A DNA stretch of 64,000 nt from a virus, in the IMG/VR virus record IMGVR_UViG_3300033145_001320, positions 1 through 64,000 of that record; one strand, written 5' to 3'. The notes under the pieces were generated by a model. The model was not told where the DNA came from and did not search any database. It worked only from the letters and a program-made list of their open reading frames with translations. Positions 19,424 to 29,607 of the stretch are shown here, one piece after another. The stretch's first letter is position 1. Each line of letters begins with the position of its first letter. A program made the position numbers and the translations under genes.

Positions 19424-21014
19424 GTCTGAATTTTGACATTAATGATCCATCGTGTCGTGGATCAACAGGAATTTCTGTGATTGGAATTTGTGGTTCACTT
19501 GGATCTGGGATTTTTATTATAGTTTCTTCAATAGCTAGAGCATTTGCTTCTTCTGATTCAGTATCTAAAAATGCTCCTGTATCCATCTCTGATTGAGAGA
19601 TTCTTTCTTCCTCTGTATCAACTCCTTTGATATCTTCTTCCTCAATCAATGAATAGCAAAATGGACATATTGTTTCACCTGCAAAAGCATGGAAAGAATT
19701 TCCACATGTGTTGCATGTGAGATACTCTGTATCCTCTTTAAGACCAGGTTCCTTTTGTAGATGTGACTGGTCAAGTTCGCTAATATAATTCTCAGGCAAG
19801 TCTTCCTCATCTAAAGGAATGAGATAGTCATCCGTTTTGCATATCGGACATAGTGGCATATCAATAGATTCAGTATCCTCAATAACAACAGTTTCACATT
19901 GTTTACAGATATAAATTTCAGGTTCGTAATCTTCACCTGCTTCCTCAGCTAAGAATTTATGACCTCTGAATACACATGTTTGACATGGAATGAACTCATC
20001 ATCTTCGCTATCTGTAACTTCAACCTTATGCATAGGAAACTTAATTACATTTCCAGACTTTGTATCAGGTAACGCTGAAGGTTTTGTAACACCTGGTTTG
20101 GATTGCGGAGGAACAAATCCTGCTTGTTTCCATAAATCAGCATCATAATGACCACCGTAACCACCGTAACCACCATACCCATACCCAGGATAACCAGGAT
20201 ATGTTACTCCACCTGATCTTCCAGCATACTTGTAAGTATAAGTTCCCTTTTCAACCATTTCCATCCATTGAGGAATTACTCTATGATATTTATCAGATAC
20301 ATTAACTGTAAAACGTTTGTCTAGTTTTCGATAGGAATATGAGGATTGTTTGCCTGCTACAATATCTTCAACCATTTTCCCATGTTCCCATTTGAATACT
20401 CGCCTTATCGGTCTGTTTTCCATCTTATCAATATCCACGGTTTTAACTAACCGCTCAACATAGTCTTCTGGATTAATAACAAATCTATGCCCATTTGCAA
20501 CAATCGAAGCTGTGATACTCACATCCTCATCTTTCATGTTTCCAATGGTAATATGAAGACCATCGAAATGTTTTTCATCTGAATCATCAGTTCCAGAATG
20601 AAATGCAGACATATTAGCATGACTGTGAATTGTACCAATCATCTGCATACCATCTATAGTTATTCCTTTATTGTAATCACACGCAGCACCTGTAACCTTT
20701 TGATGAGGCGGGACAATTTTATATACTCTTTTTACTTCATCATAGAAAAGCAATACAATTGCTTCCCCATAATACTCGGCATATACTGCACGAAAGAAAG
20801 CAATAACCCTGGCAAATTGACCACCAGGGATTTTCTTAATGTTCATTCGTGCCATTGAATCGACGCTTTCTAATATAGAAATGTTATCAACTGGGGCAAT
20901 GCTTTCCATTATCCCAACTTTCTTTTTGAGAAATACACCTTCCTTTGCCACAATGTAACATATATCATCGTTTGGAATATCTGTCGTCCCATCATTAACA
21001 TGTACTGGAAACAT
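19392..21014 (-). CDS. JAB/MPN metallopeptidase (Ubl processing/deconjugating) with Gly/Tyr-rich linker and C-terminal Zn-ribbons
   Basis: YGEAIV...GTIHSHANMSAFHSGTDDSDE (E...HSH-x7-S-x2-D JAMM motif), YPGYPGYGYGGYGGYGG, and five CxxC pairs. Confidence 0.9.
   Translation of the reverse strand: MFPVHVNDGTTDIPNDDICYIVAKEGVFLKKKVGIMESIAPVDNISILESVDSMARMNIKKIPGGQFARVIAFFRAVYAEYYGEAIVLLFYDEVKRVYKIVPPHQKVTGAACDYNKGITIDGMQMIGTIHSHANMSAFHSGTDDSDEKHFDGLHITIGNMKDEDVSITASIVANGHRFVINPEDYVERLVKTVDIDKMENRPIRRVFKWEHGKMVEDIVAGKQSSYSYRKLDKRFTVNVSDKYHRVIPQWMEMVEKGTYTYKYAGRSGGVTYPGYPGYGYGGYGGYGGHYDADLWKQAGFVPPQSKPGVTKPSALPDTKSGNVIKFPMHKVEVTDSEDDEFIPCQTCVFRGHKFLAEEAGEDYEPEIYICKQCETVVIEDTESIDMPLCPICKTDDYLIPLDEEDLPENYISELDQSHLQKEPGLKEDTEYLTCNTCGNSFHAFAGETICPFCYSLIEEEDIKGVDTEEERISQSEMDTGAFLDTESEEANALAIEETIIKIPDPSEPQIPITEIPVDPRHDGSLMSKFRRVFGGKDGRP
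20150..20200 (-). repeat. Short coding tandem repeat (YPG/YGG units) inside the JAB gene
   Basis: accaccgta units repeated; encodes YPGYPGYGYGGYGGYGGHY. Confidence 0.7.
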
Positions 21015-23592
21015 TTATTAAACTCCTTTCATCTTTTAACAAGATGTATGGCGATATCTTACTTTCCATAAATAAACCATGAAAGTTTGGCCATGCTTTA
21101 ACTGATTCTAGTTTAGCTTGCTCGCTTTGCCCAATCCGTGGATTAGGAATACAATCAAATACAGTATGATTCTTTACATAATTATCTACCTTATAATCAC
21201 TTGCGTGGGAGGCATATGCCCCAAGGGACACTATACGTGGATTCTTATATTGTTGTACTCTGCTTACCATCCACCCAGTGCTGCTTCTAAAATCAGATAA
21301 ACCCAATAACAAATCTCCACATTGTAATTTGATTTTTGTAATATCAATAGGAGCATGTGCTAATTCTGGCCATTTTTTAGATTTCATAGTTACTCGTTTA
21401 AAGTTTTCCATCATTTCACTATACCATAATGTACAGCAATTAGAGCATAAGACTAATGGGTCCTCTCCACCTGTATCTGTAATAAAACCAATAATTATAT
21501 TCACATCCTTCTTTGGAAAGTGTGGAATATATCCTTTTTCTGCTACAATTTTTGTTCCTGCTGAAACCCTCCCATATTTATTTGTGATTTTTCTTATTTT
21601 TCCAACATGAATATATGCTGCAGTTCCGCCAGATCCAGTACCATTAATATATACAACTTCTGTCAATCTACCTTCCTTATCAGAAAGTACAAAGCTCAAG
21701 CTGTGACTGTCACCATCTGTTTTAAAACCTTCAATAGTTCTAGGTATTAGCATGTTGATAGGATTATCCCAATCTGCATAAACAACTTTATCACCAACAT
21801 TGAATGTTATATCAAGATCAAAACTTTCAATGTGAAGAGTTGTTCCAGAATTGATCAACAGATGTTTTATAACATCTGTTATGGTTGGTGTTGATACAGA
21901 ATAATTATTGTTAAATGCTATCCCTTCTGGTGTTCCCCATGCATACCCGCTTTTAGGATGTCCATCAAATTTATAAGCTAGGAGTCTACGCCCACATCTA
22001 AATACTGGAGACATTAACTTTGTATGTTCTTTATTATATAGTGGTTTTTGTTCTCCAGATTGAGCATCAATAACTATAGGTCGATCTACTTTACCTACTC
22101 CTACTGTTTGAAATTCTAATAATAGATTATTATTTCCTTCATTAACAGTCAGACCAGAAAATTTGACTTCTTGCCCCGAGTTCATAATCCCTCCACTATT
22201 TGTGGAAGTAAAGATAATATATCTATCCTTTTTATTCAGTTCTACTCCATAGTAAGTTGGGTTGTCTACATCAAGTACTTTACCTACTGTATTCTCCAAA
22301 ATGTAGAATGAATTACCAAGGCGTGCTTCAGTTATACCATCTCTTGATTTTCTGATAAAGTAAACTCTTTTATAGACATCCCTACCTAGATGATTTTTAA
22401 TTACAACAATATCATCTTCTTTAATAACTATTCCATTTTTCAATGTACCTTGTTCTTCAAACCTGAGTTTCTTAATAGCGTCATGAATAAAGGTTTTTAC
22501 CTTTGGAGTTAACCTTACATTAATAAGACGTTTGTTTTCAAGCTCAAGTTGAATATAACGGATTTTATCAGAATCATAAAATCCAATGAATGAATTGATA
22601 AATGCGGTTTGTTTCCCCCAAGCAATCGGGTCGCCAACATGAATATAAAAAGTCCTTGTAAGATATATTCCTTGTGCAATATCATAATATAATGACTGTG
22701 TCTTACGTGCTTTTGGTGTTGGTTTTTCCTTCTTACCAGTGTCAACACTTTGTGTAAATATTCTAGATAGCTCTCTATATTGTATATTTCCAGTTGCGGT
22801 ATTATTATAATTAGTTTTGATAGAGGAGATTGTTTCATAGAGAGTTGGTTTTATTCTGATCCAATCAACATTATAAATAAACATTGGATCTATTTTAGAC
22901 ATTGCTTCCCAACCAATATATGTATTTACTCCGGGAATGGAATCATACGCAGTATAGTTATATGTGTAATCTCCATTAAATTCCGCAGACCAAAATACCA
23001 TAATTGCATTTTCGATTCCAGCATTTAAACTCTGTTGTCTTGTGTGTGCTTTGTCTCCAAAACAAATTGATTGTTCTCCGCTTATATTCATCATTGGCAT
23101 TTTTAGCAAGTAATCGCTATACCCTGCCAATCTTGCATTTCGTAGATATACGTGCCCCACCATTAATGATGAATGTTTATCAAACATAAGAATGAAAATT
23201 GTATAAGGAAATGCTAATGTAAAGCTGAATGGTGCGTTATGTCCATCTTTATAATATGCAGCATTGATCCCATACTCTTCAATCTTTCCTTCACCTTCAA
23301 GAGTTTTAAGCTCTCTATCCATACCATAGTTAACTTTTATGGTTCTGTATGCAGGAGGTTCTTCAATAACCACAATATGACCATTTTGTAATTTTTCAAG
23401 GTATCTGCAATTCGGAGGAAGAATCCCTTGTTGTGTAATCCCCGAAGTTATCTTTTGCAAATAACCATCTGTTCTTGTAACATGATGCCTGATCTTCGGT
23501 GTTGCAATGTCTTTCGATGTTTGGGCAAATTCCGAAGTTACATGCTGTACATAATTTGAATTAATTCTTATTTCATCCAACATTTCTGTCAT
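20995..23592 (-). CDS. Prokaryotic E2-like (Prok-E2 D / PRTRC protein B-like) domain fused to a ~600-aa unknown beta-rich extension
   Basis: N-terminal EEPPAYRTI, FPYTIF, LLKMPMMNISGEQSICFG (PxxN...IC.G) and FWSAEFN. Overlaps the JAB gene. Confidence 0.7.
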   Translation of the reverse strand: MTEMLDEIRINSNYVQHVTSEFAQTSKDIATPKIRHHVTRTDGYLQKITSGITQQGILPPNCRYLEKLQNGHIVVIEEPPAYRTIKVNYGMDRELKTLEGEGKIEEYGINAAYYKDGHNAPFSFTLAFPYTIFILMFDKHSSLMVGHVYLRNARLAGYSDYLLKMPMMNISGEQSICFGDKAHTRQQSLNAGIENAIMVFWSAEFNGDYTYNYTAYDSIPGVNTYIGWEAMSKIDPMFIYNVDWIRIKPTLYETISSIKTNYNNTATGNIQYRELSRIFTQSVDTGKKEKPTPKARKTQSLYYDIAQGIYLTRTFYIHVGDPIAWGKQTAFINSFIGFYDSDKIRYIQLELENKRLINVRLTPKVKTFIHDAIKKLRFEEQGTLKNGIVIKEDDIVVIKNHLGRDVYKRVYFIRKSRDGITEARLGNSFYILENTVGKVLDVDNPTYYGVELNKKDRYIIFTSTNSGGIMNSGQEVKFSGLTVNEGNNNLLLEFQTVGVGKVDRPIVIDAQSGEQKPLYNKEHTKLMSPVFRCGRRLLAYKFDGHPKSGYAWGTPEGIAFNNNYSVSTPTITDVIKHLLINSGTTLHIESFDLDITFNVGDKVVYADWDNPINMLIPRTIEGFKTDGDSHSLSFVLSDKEGRLTEVVYINGTGSGGTAAYIHVGKIRKITNKYGRVSAGTKIVAEKGYIPHFPKKDVNIIIGFITDTGGEDPLVLCSNCCTLWYSEMMENFKRVTMKSKKWPELAHAPIDITKIKLQCGDLLLGLSDFRSSTGWMVSRVQQYKNPRIVSLGAYASHASDYKVDNYVKNHTVFDCIPNPRIGQSEQAKLESVKAWPNFHGLFMESKISPYILLKDERSLINVSSTC

Positions 23593-23975
23593 TATTCACC
23601 TCTTAAGTATTTGTACTGTTTCGCATAACCGGTTAATATTTTTTCAGGACGTTGTTCATCAATAACCCAAACCTTTTGCCGCTTCAATCCTGAATCTGGA
23701 TTAGACAATTGTGAGATTGAAATTGTATAGAGAGCTACCATATAAGTATTTTCAGTTTCTCTTTCTAATGTTAAATACGCAACTTCTTTATCATTTCTTC
23801 CAGGAACTTCTAATGCAAGAAAGATATTAGGTCCTACTGGAACATGTGAATCATGTTCAATAGTTTTGATTTCTTCTTCAAGAATTATATCACAGAGTTC
23901 TCTGATCTGTTGAAGTTCATCTTTTCCTTCTACTTTCATTTGTTTAATTAGTTTTGTTAGAATCGTCACTATCAT
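23592..23975 (-). CDS. Hypothetical protein
   Basis: 127 aa, stop/start coupled to the E2-like gene. Confidence 0.6.
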   Translation of the reverse strand: MIVTILTKLIKQMKVEGKDELQQIRELCDIILEEEIKTIEHDSHVPVGPNIFLALEVPGRNDKEVAYLTLERETENTYMVALYTISISQLSNPDSGLKRQKVWVIDEQRPEKILTGYAKQYKYLRGE

Positions 23976-23980
23976 TTACC

Positions 23981-24316
23981 TCACTTCTTTGGTTTGACAT
24001 AATACCTTTCTTCGGCAGTATCCATATATTCAACTCTTTCAAATGGTACAGACCTCCAAGCTTTTTTATCAAGATCATACACATGCATGATTTTGTTTTT
24101 CTGAATAAGTCCTATAATTTTTTGTATATTGACTCCTTTTGGCTTGTCTATATCAGGCACCTTTTTAAAATCAAGTGTGCATCTCATGAGTCTAGTCGAG
24201 CCATCTTTTTTTGTGAATTTGATGCTTACTTCTTTTTCATCATAAACTTTTTTCCAAAATTGTAATGCGCTTACGATTACATTAGCATCAATTTCATTAT
24301 TATCGTTTTCTGCCAT
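23981..24316 (-). CDS. SH3-fold WYL-like phage protein (DUF2693-type)
   Basis: FTKKDGSTRLMRCTL...VYDLDKKAWRSV signature. Confidence 0.75.
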   Translation of the reverse strand: MAENDNNEIDANVIVSALQFWKKVYDEKEVSIKFTKKDGSTRLMRCTLDFKKVPDIDKPKGVNIQKIIGLIQKNKIMHVYDLDKKAWRSVPFERVEYMDTAEERYYVKPKK

Positions 24317-25375
24317 TTATACTTTCTCCCTTTTGTCGGCATGAATTAAATCATCTTCTCCATCGCCCGACTCATCAATATATCGACTCATTAACAAACA
24401 TGAGTGATTGCATAACCTACAAAACTTCTTTTTATCATATGTTATTGTCTCTTGAAAAACATCATTTAATGTTCCTGGATTACTTTTGTCGAAGAGATTT
24501 GTTATAGAAAATACTTTTGGTGTGGTTGTTCCTCTAATCCTTAAACATAATCTGATTGTTCCATCGGCATCAACTGTTATATTATGTATGCCTTTCTCAA
24601 GACCGCAATCCATATTTGAAGGTAACGTGTCAAACATTGCTGGTAATAGCATATCTTTCATATGTATTAATAATGACTTATCATTATACATATCCATTAA
24701 TGTAGATGCTAACTCCCAAGTTGGTTTAACTAATTGTGAATAGTCTCTAATGTTTGAAAAATCATAATATGGATTTTTTGCAATATCAACAAATGTAATA
24801 TCACTGTATATGCCTTCTGAGCTTAGATTTTTAACCAGATTATATAAAAGATGTTGATTTTCGTTCATGACAGTTATCTCTGCAACAACATCTTTTACTT
24901 TACCACTTGTTTGAAGTTCTTTTAATTTTTTAAACCCCCAAATACTTTTCCATATTCGATCTTCTGCAAACCTATCATCAGTATCAAATTGTACTGGATC
25001 CACAGAGCTTGTAAAACCTTCTATATAATCAACTTCCTCAAATAACCGTTTTATTAATGGTTGTATTTCATCAGTATTATTGCTAATAATAGTATAATGA
25101 ATATTATTATCATTACAATAGTTAATTATATCTGCAAGATCTTTCCTTAGTGTTGGCTCGCCTCCATACCAGATATGAAATGCTTCTGGATTATGTTTTT
25201 TGAAATTTGCTAAAGCTTTAATAATAACTTCTAAAGACATTTCATTTTTTATATAATGCTCCATCTTTGGATAGACTGATGGCATATCAGGATAATTTTT
25301 AACGATAGAACAATAATCGCAATTAATATTACATTTACGTGTTATTAACCAATTGACAATTCTAATTTGACTCAT
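24317..25375 (-). CDS. Radical SAM enzyme with C-terminal twitch/SPASM-like cysteines
   Basis: CNINCDYC (CX3CX2C), GGEPTL, C...ITVDADGTIRLC and CRLCNHSC. Confidence 0.88.
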   Translation of the reverse strand: MSQIRIVNWLITRKCNINCDYCSIVKNYPDMPSVYPKMEHYIKNEMSLEVIIKALANFKKHNPEAFHIWYGGEPTLRKDLADIINYCNDNNIHYTIISNNTDEIQPLIKRLFEEVDYIEGFTSSVDPVQFDTDDRFAEDRIWKSIWGFKKLKELQTSGKVKDVVAEITVMNENQHLLYNLVKNLSSEGIYSDITFVDIAKNPYYDFSNIRDYSQLVKPTWELASTLMDMYNDKSLLIHMKDMLLPAMFDTLPSNMDCGLEKGIHNITVDADGTIRLCLRIRGTTTPKVFSITNLFDKSNPGTLNDVFQETITYDKKKFCRLCNHSCLLMSRYIDESGDGEDDLIHADKREKV

Positions 25376-25986
25376 TTGTTTTCCTTTCTATATATATCCC
25401 ATCCAGAATCTACTATATAAAATCCTGTTTTATCATTAGATAAATGAAGATTGTTTTCTCTACAAAATTTACTTAAATTTTTTATTTTAAGTAATTCGCC
25501 ATTTGGATTTGTAATGAGCCAATTCTTAGATGTATAAATTGATGGGTCAAAATCTGAATTATCCTTAATCCAGTTTTTAACTCCTATGCTGATTTTATCA
25601 CGTTTTTCTGATGAGCACTCAACACCATAACTTGCATTATTCTTACCTGCTAAAGTACCCGCTTTTCTTAAATCTCTCATATTATCAAGATGAGTTCCTG
25701 TATATAGATGTTCTGGATTAACACATAATTTATTATTACACCCATGACATACCATCATATCAGGCAAAACATCTTTAATGAATAGAATATATGAAGCTCT
25801 ATGTGCTGGATATGGTTTTCCTTTCATGTAAAAATCGCCATACCCCTGTTTGGGTTTTCCAGTCCAGTTCCAACATCCTGTTTTTAAATCAATTTTATAC
25901 TTCTTCCTAAACCTTTTAATAATAGTTTCTCTCAAGTTGGCATTTTTCTTTACATATGTTGAACCGAACTTTCTACCCTTTGGCAT
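25372..25986 (-). CDS. HNH homing endonuclease
   Basis: GCWNWTG...GYG...AHRASY...CHGCNNKLCVNPEHL..GT..DNM motif and a C-terminal NL.KFCRE DNA-binding module. Confidence 0.9.
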   Translation of the reverse strand: MPKGRKFGSTYVKKNANLRETIIKRFRKKYKIDLKTGCWNWTGKPKQGYGDFYMKGKPYPAHRASYILFIKDVLPDMMVCHGCNNKLCVNPEHLYTGTHLDNMRDLRKAGTLAGKNNASYGVECSSEKRDKISIGVKNWIKDNSDFDPSIYTSKNWLITNPNGELLKIKNLSKFCRENNLHLSNDKTGFYIVDSGWDIYRKENK

Positions 25987-25998
25987 TCAATATACTCC

Positions 25999-26379
25999 TT
26001 ACAACATTTCGGCCAGCATATCAGAATAATATTTTGATCCTTCAAATTTCTCACATATATTATAATCAACTGCCACCAATATAACTTTATGACCATCATT
26101 TATAGCTTTTAAAGATTTATCAAAAGCTTCTTGCTCCATATTTATAAGTCTTGCAGCCATTGCTTTTGAAGCCCAATCATATGGCCGTTCTGTTGCATAT
26201 TCATATAATTCTTTCTTTGTATCTAACCGTTTCCAGATCTGAACGCCTTCATTTGTAGCTTCAGGATCGCCATCCAGCTTATTGATATATTTTTCAAAAC
26301 CAGGAATATCATCTTCATTAAGAGACATAATATATGCTGCTGATGAACTGTTCGCTATAAAATCTAACTTTACTTTCAT
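25999..26379 (-). CDS. NSSS-motif family protein, paralog 1
   Basis: N-terminus MKVKLDFIANSSSAAYI shared with four nearby ORFs. Confidence 0.75.
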   Translation of the reverse strand: MKVKLDFIANSSSAAYIMSLNEDDIPGFEKYINKLDGDPEATNEGVQIWKRLDTKKELYEYATERPYDWASKAMAARLINMEQEAFDKSLKAINDGHKVILVAVDYNICEKFEGSKYYSDMLAEML

Positions 26380-26392
26380 TCAGAAAAACCTC

Positions 26393-28582
26393 CTATGTGA
26401 ATGCTAAAATTTCATCTGCTTCTAAATGATTTTGATGCTGATGTGAAATGATATAAACTGAGTTACCAAATTTAATTTTCGATAATACTCTGGAAACATA
26501 CTGGATGTTTTGTTCATCAAGCGCATCGAATATTTCATCAAACAGTAGAATGTTAAATGAAACATTTTGAATCCTTGATAATAAATCTCCTAGAGTTAAA
26601 ATAATTGCTATATCAATAATACGTGTTTGTCCACCAGATAATTGAACTCTGGAATCTGCTCTAGTTTGTGTATCCAGAACATGTACAGAAATTTTATCTC
26701 TGAACTCTTTAGATTTTATTTCAGACAAAGTATCGAATGATACAACATATCGAGAATTGGTTAACATATCTAAATAGTAATCAACTCGTTCATTCATATA
26801 TGGAATCGCTTCATCAATAAGCATTGAAGGAATCCCAGCTGATGAAAAACCTGTTTTCCAAAATTTTAACATTTCTATTGTCTTATCAATTGATATCATT
26901 GACGTTTTCAAGTCTGATATTTCTTTTGATAAGTCTATATCTTTTTTATAATAAGAGTTGAGCTGTGTTTCGTCATATTCAAGAGATTCTTGGTGACGAA
27001 TTTGATCACCACATGATATAATAGCTCCTTCAAAATTACTAACATTAAGTTCAATTTTATGTAGCTCTTTTCTCAACTCTTCTTTTCTGCTTATTTCAAG
27101 ATTTAATTGAAATTGTCTTTCCTGTAGTTCCTGTGTTTGGTCATTTGATTTTGATATGATTTTCTTTTCTTCAACTTTAACTAACTCAGAAACTTTTTCT
27201 TCTGCAACTTTAAATCTATAATCAATCTTTTCGTATTCTTCTTGCTCTTCCCGTTTGCATCTTCTTATTTCTCGATCAACCATTGCAATCATTGTATTGT
27301 ATTTTTCAGCTTCTTTCTTATATGCACCGCCGATTTTCTTTAATTCAATACCACATTCAGACTCTTCCTTCATAAGTTTTTTGAGATTTAATTTATATAA
27401 TGCAACTTTCTGAAGCAATTTTTCTCTTGCAACATCTGTTACTTCTTGTTCACATGTTGGACATATTGAATTTTCTGTGTCCGATACATTTGATTCAAGC
27501 TCATATAAATTCTCTGTCATTAAATCAATGTCATGTATAGCATTTGATTGTTTCGTCTCAACCGTATGAATTTGTTTCTGAAATCGTGTAGATGATTCAT
27601 TAGCTTCTGTTACAAGACTATTTTTATTTTCATTCATTGATTCAAGATCTGCAGCTGTTATATTAGCAACTTCAACCTTACTTGCTGATGCAATCGCTTG
27701 AAGGTCTGATAACTTTGTTTTCTTCTGTTGATCTAATTGATCAATCATCTCTTTGAATTTTCTTGCTGAGTTTTTTAGACTATTATCAATGCCTAATAAT
27801 TCTTTTTGTGGAGTTTCAATATCTATATCTTTATCGTCAAAAAGATCAAGTTCTTTTTTCCACTTGTCTAACATTCGTTCATTATCTTCTTTTTCTTTAT
27901 TTTGGCGGAGAAGATCTTTTTCTTTTTTATCATGAAATTGTCTTTTAGAATTTTTAAGAATTTCAATTTGTGACAATGCATCATCAAGAATACCTTGTTG
28001 AATTTTTACATCATTATTCAAAACTCCATGATCAGTTTCAGAAAGTTTTAATTTATAATCTGATTCTTTGTAATATAAAAGATAATGTCCAAGACCTATG
28101 ATTTTTCTAAAGATTTCTTTTTTATCAGAATCGACTAAGTCTGTAAAGAAGTCTTTAACTTTTTGTCCAAACATTAAAGCATTCATAAACGCTTGCTTCG
28201 GGCAAATGAGTCTTTCAATATATGGCAATACTTCTCGATGACCTTTAAGTATATCAACTTTATTTTGACTTACTATAACTGTATTTCCAAGTTTGGTATA
28301 TTTATGGTATCGTGTTACTACATATTGCTCATCGTTAACTTTAAATTTTACCCAAGTTTTACAATTCTTTCCAACTTTATTATTAACCATATCATCGCCT
28401 TTTACACCTTTACTTGTCACTCCATAAAGAGTAAAAGGTATTGCCTCAATAGACAATGTTTTTCCGATACCATTCGGACCTGTGATTAATGTTAGTTTGT
28501 CATTAACGAATGTCAACACCATCGGATCAATATAAGGTCCATAATTTTCCATCCCTACTTCTTGAAAGATTATGTTTTTCAT
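26393..28582 (-). CDS. sbcC: Rad50/SbcC (gp46-like) SMC ATPase
   Basis: Walker A GPNGIGKT, Q-loop FGQ, coiled coils with CPTC hook, LSGGQ, Walker B LFDEIFDALD and ISH. Confidence 0.93.
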   Translation of the reverse strand: MKNIIFQEVGMENYGPYIDPMVLTFVNDKLTLITGPNGIGKTLSIEAIPFTLYGVTSKGVKGDDMVNNKVGKNCKTWVKFKVNDEQYVVTRYHKYTKLGNTVIVSQNKVDILKGHREVLPYIERLICPKQAFMNALMFGQKVKDFFTDLVDSDKKEIFRKIIGLGHYLLYYKESDYKLKLSETDHGVLNNDVKIQQGILDDALSQIEILKNSKRQFHDKKEKDLLRQNKEKEDNERMLDKWKKELDLFDDKDIDIETPQKELLGIDNSLKNSARKFKEMIDQLDQQKKTKLSDLQAIASASKVEVANITAADLESMNENKNSLVTEANESSTRFQKQIHTVETKQSNAIHDIDLMTENLYELESNVSDTENSICPTCEQEVTDVAREKLLQKVALYKLNLKKLMKEESECGIELKKIGGAYKKEAEKYNTMIAMVDREIRRCKREEQEEYEKIDYRFKVAEEKVSELVKVEEKKIISKSNDQTQELQERQFQLNLEISRKEELRKELHKIELNVSNFEGAIISCGDQIRHQESLEYDETQLNSYYKKDIDLSKEISDLKTSMISIDKTIEMLKFWKTGFSSAGIPSMLIDEAIPYMNERVDYYLDMLTNSRYVVSFDTLSEIKSKEFRDKISVHVLDTQTRADSRVQLSGGQTRIIDIAIILTLGDLLSRIQNVSFNILLFDEIFDALDEQNIQYVSRVLSKIKFGNSVYIISHQHQNHLEADEILAFT

Positions 28583-29607
28583 AGTTCATCTCCCTTCCTT
28601 ATAATTTCCATAGCAACATTCATATATAACTCATGTTGATCTTCAGGAATTTCTTTTATCTCCAAATATTTTTTCAACTTATCTTCAGTTGACATATTAC
28701 TTGTTATTCCACGATCAGTAATATCTCTATCCCTCTTATCAATAATATTAAATTCACCTTTTAGTTCAGATACGTCAACTGTTTCTGTCATGAGTACTTT
28801 TACATGATCGCCAGCTGCTCTAGCATCAAATGCTGCCTTGATAGCTTCATCTCTATTATCTGGAGCAATTTCAATTTGAATATGTTTTTTATAACTTGAA
28901 ATTGGGATACTATCAACTTTTAATGTATCAGTGTCAACAACCAAGAAACGTTTAAATTCATTTTTTTCACCCCAGTCCAATTGAATCAAAGACCCAACAT
29001 AATATAAGGTAATTCCGTCACCTCTAAGCTCCTGTGGTTTATGATAATGTCCCAATAATACCAACTCGTACTTTCCTATCAAATCTCTCATTGATACATC
29101 TGAAACAATACTCATACCTGAATTTAATACGCCTTCACTTAAACCAAAATGTGATATAAGGATTCTTGCCTTATTATCTTTAATTATTTGTGGAAGGTCT
29201 TTAGAATAAGGAACAAACAGAATGTCTTCATTATCCATTCTATATGTTTCTGAAAATTTAACCCATTTAACATTTGGAATGTTCTTTAAAGATTTTAAAG
29301 CTGATACGACTTCAACTCCCTTTCCAGATACATCGTGATTCCCATCTAATACGATGAAATGTATATCGGTGAAATCTTCGAAGAAGTCAATCATAATATC
29401 TTGAGCGATTGCATAAATAATGGATTTTCCATGAAGTGTATCGCCACCGACTATCGCTGTGGTTATTTCATGTGCTCTACAATATTCTCCTACTTCATAC
29501 AATGCATTTTTTATACTATGTAATCGCTCAGGTAAATGACTTGTGTCTTCAATTTTATCTTGACCGTATTTTGATAAATGAATATCAGCAAAATAGGCAA
29601 ATTTCAT
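28579..29607 (-). CDS. sbcD: Mre11/SbcD (gp47-like) nuclease
   Basis: DIH, GGD, GNHD, SH and GHYH metallophosphoesterase motifs; coupled to sbcC. Confidence 0.92.
   Translation of the reverse strand: MKFAYFADIHLSKYGQDKIEDTSHLPERLHSIKNALYEVGEYCRAHEITTAIVGGDTLHGKSIIYAIAQDIMIDFFEDFTDIHFIVLDGNHDVSGKGVEVVSALKSLKNIPNVKWVKFSETYRMDNEDILFVPYSKDLPQIIKDNKARILISHFGLSEGVLNSGMSIVSDVSMRDLIGKYELVLLGHYHKPQELRGDGITLYYVGSLIQLDWGEKNEFKRFLVVDTDTLKVDSIPISSYKKHIQIEIAPDNRDEAIKAAFDARAAGDHVKVLMTETVDVSELKGEFNIIDKRDRDITDRGITSNMSTEDKLKKYLEIKEIPEDQHELYMNVAMEIIRKGDEL

Noticed and set aside
24317-25375. Radical SAM gene as queE
   Set aside because: It lacks the QueE N-terminal QGEG/F.R..GC pattern, is longer, and has twitch/SPASM-like cysteines.
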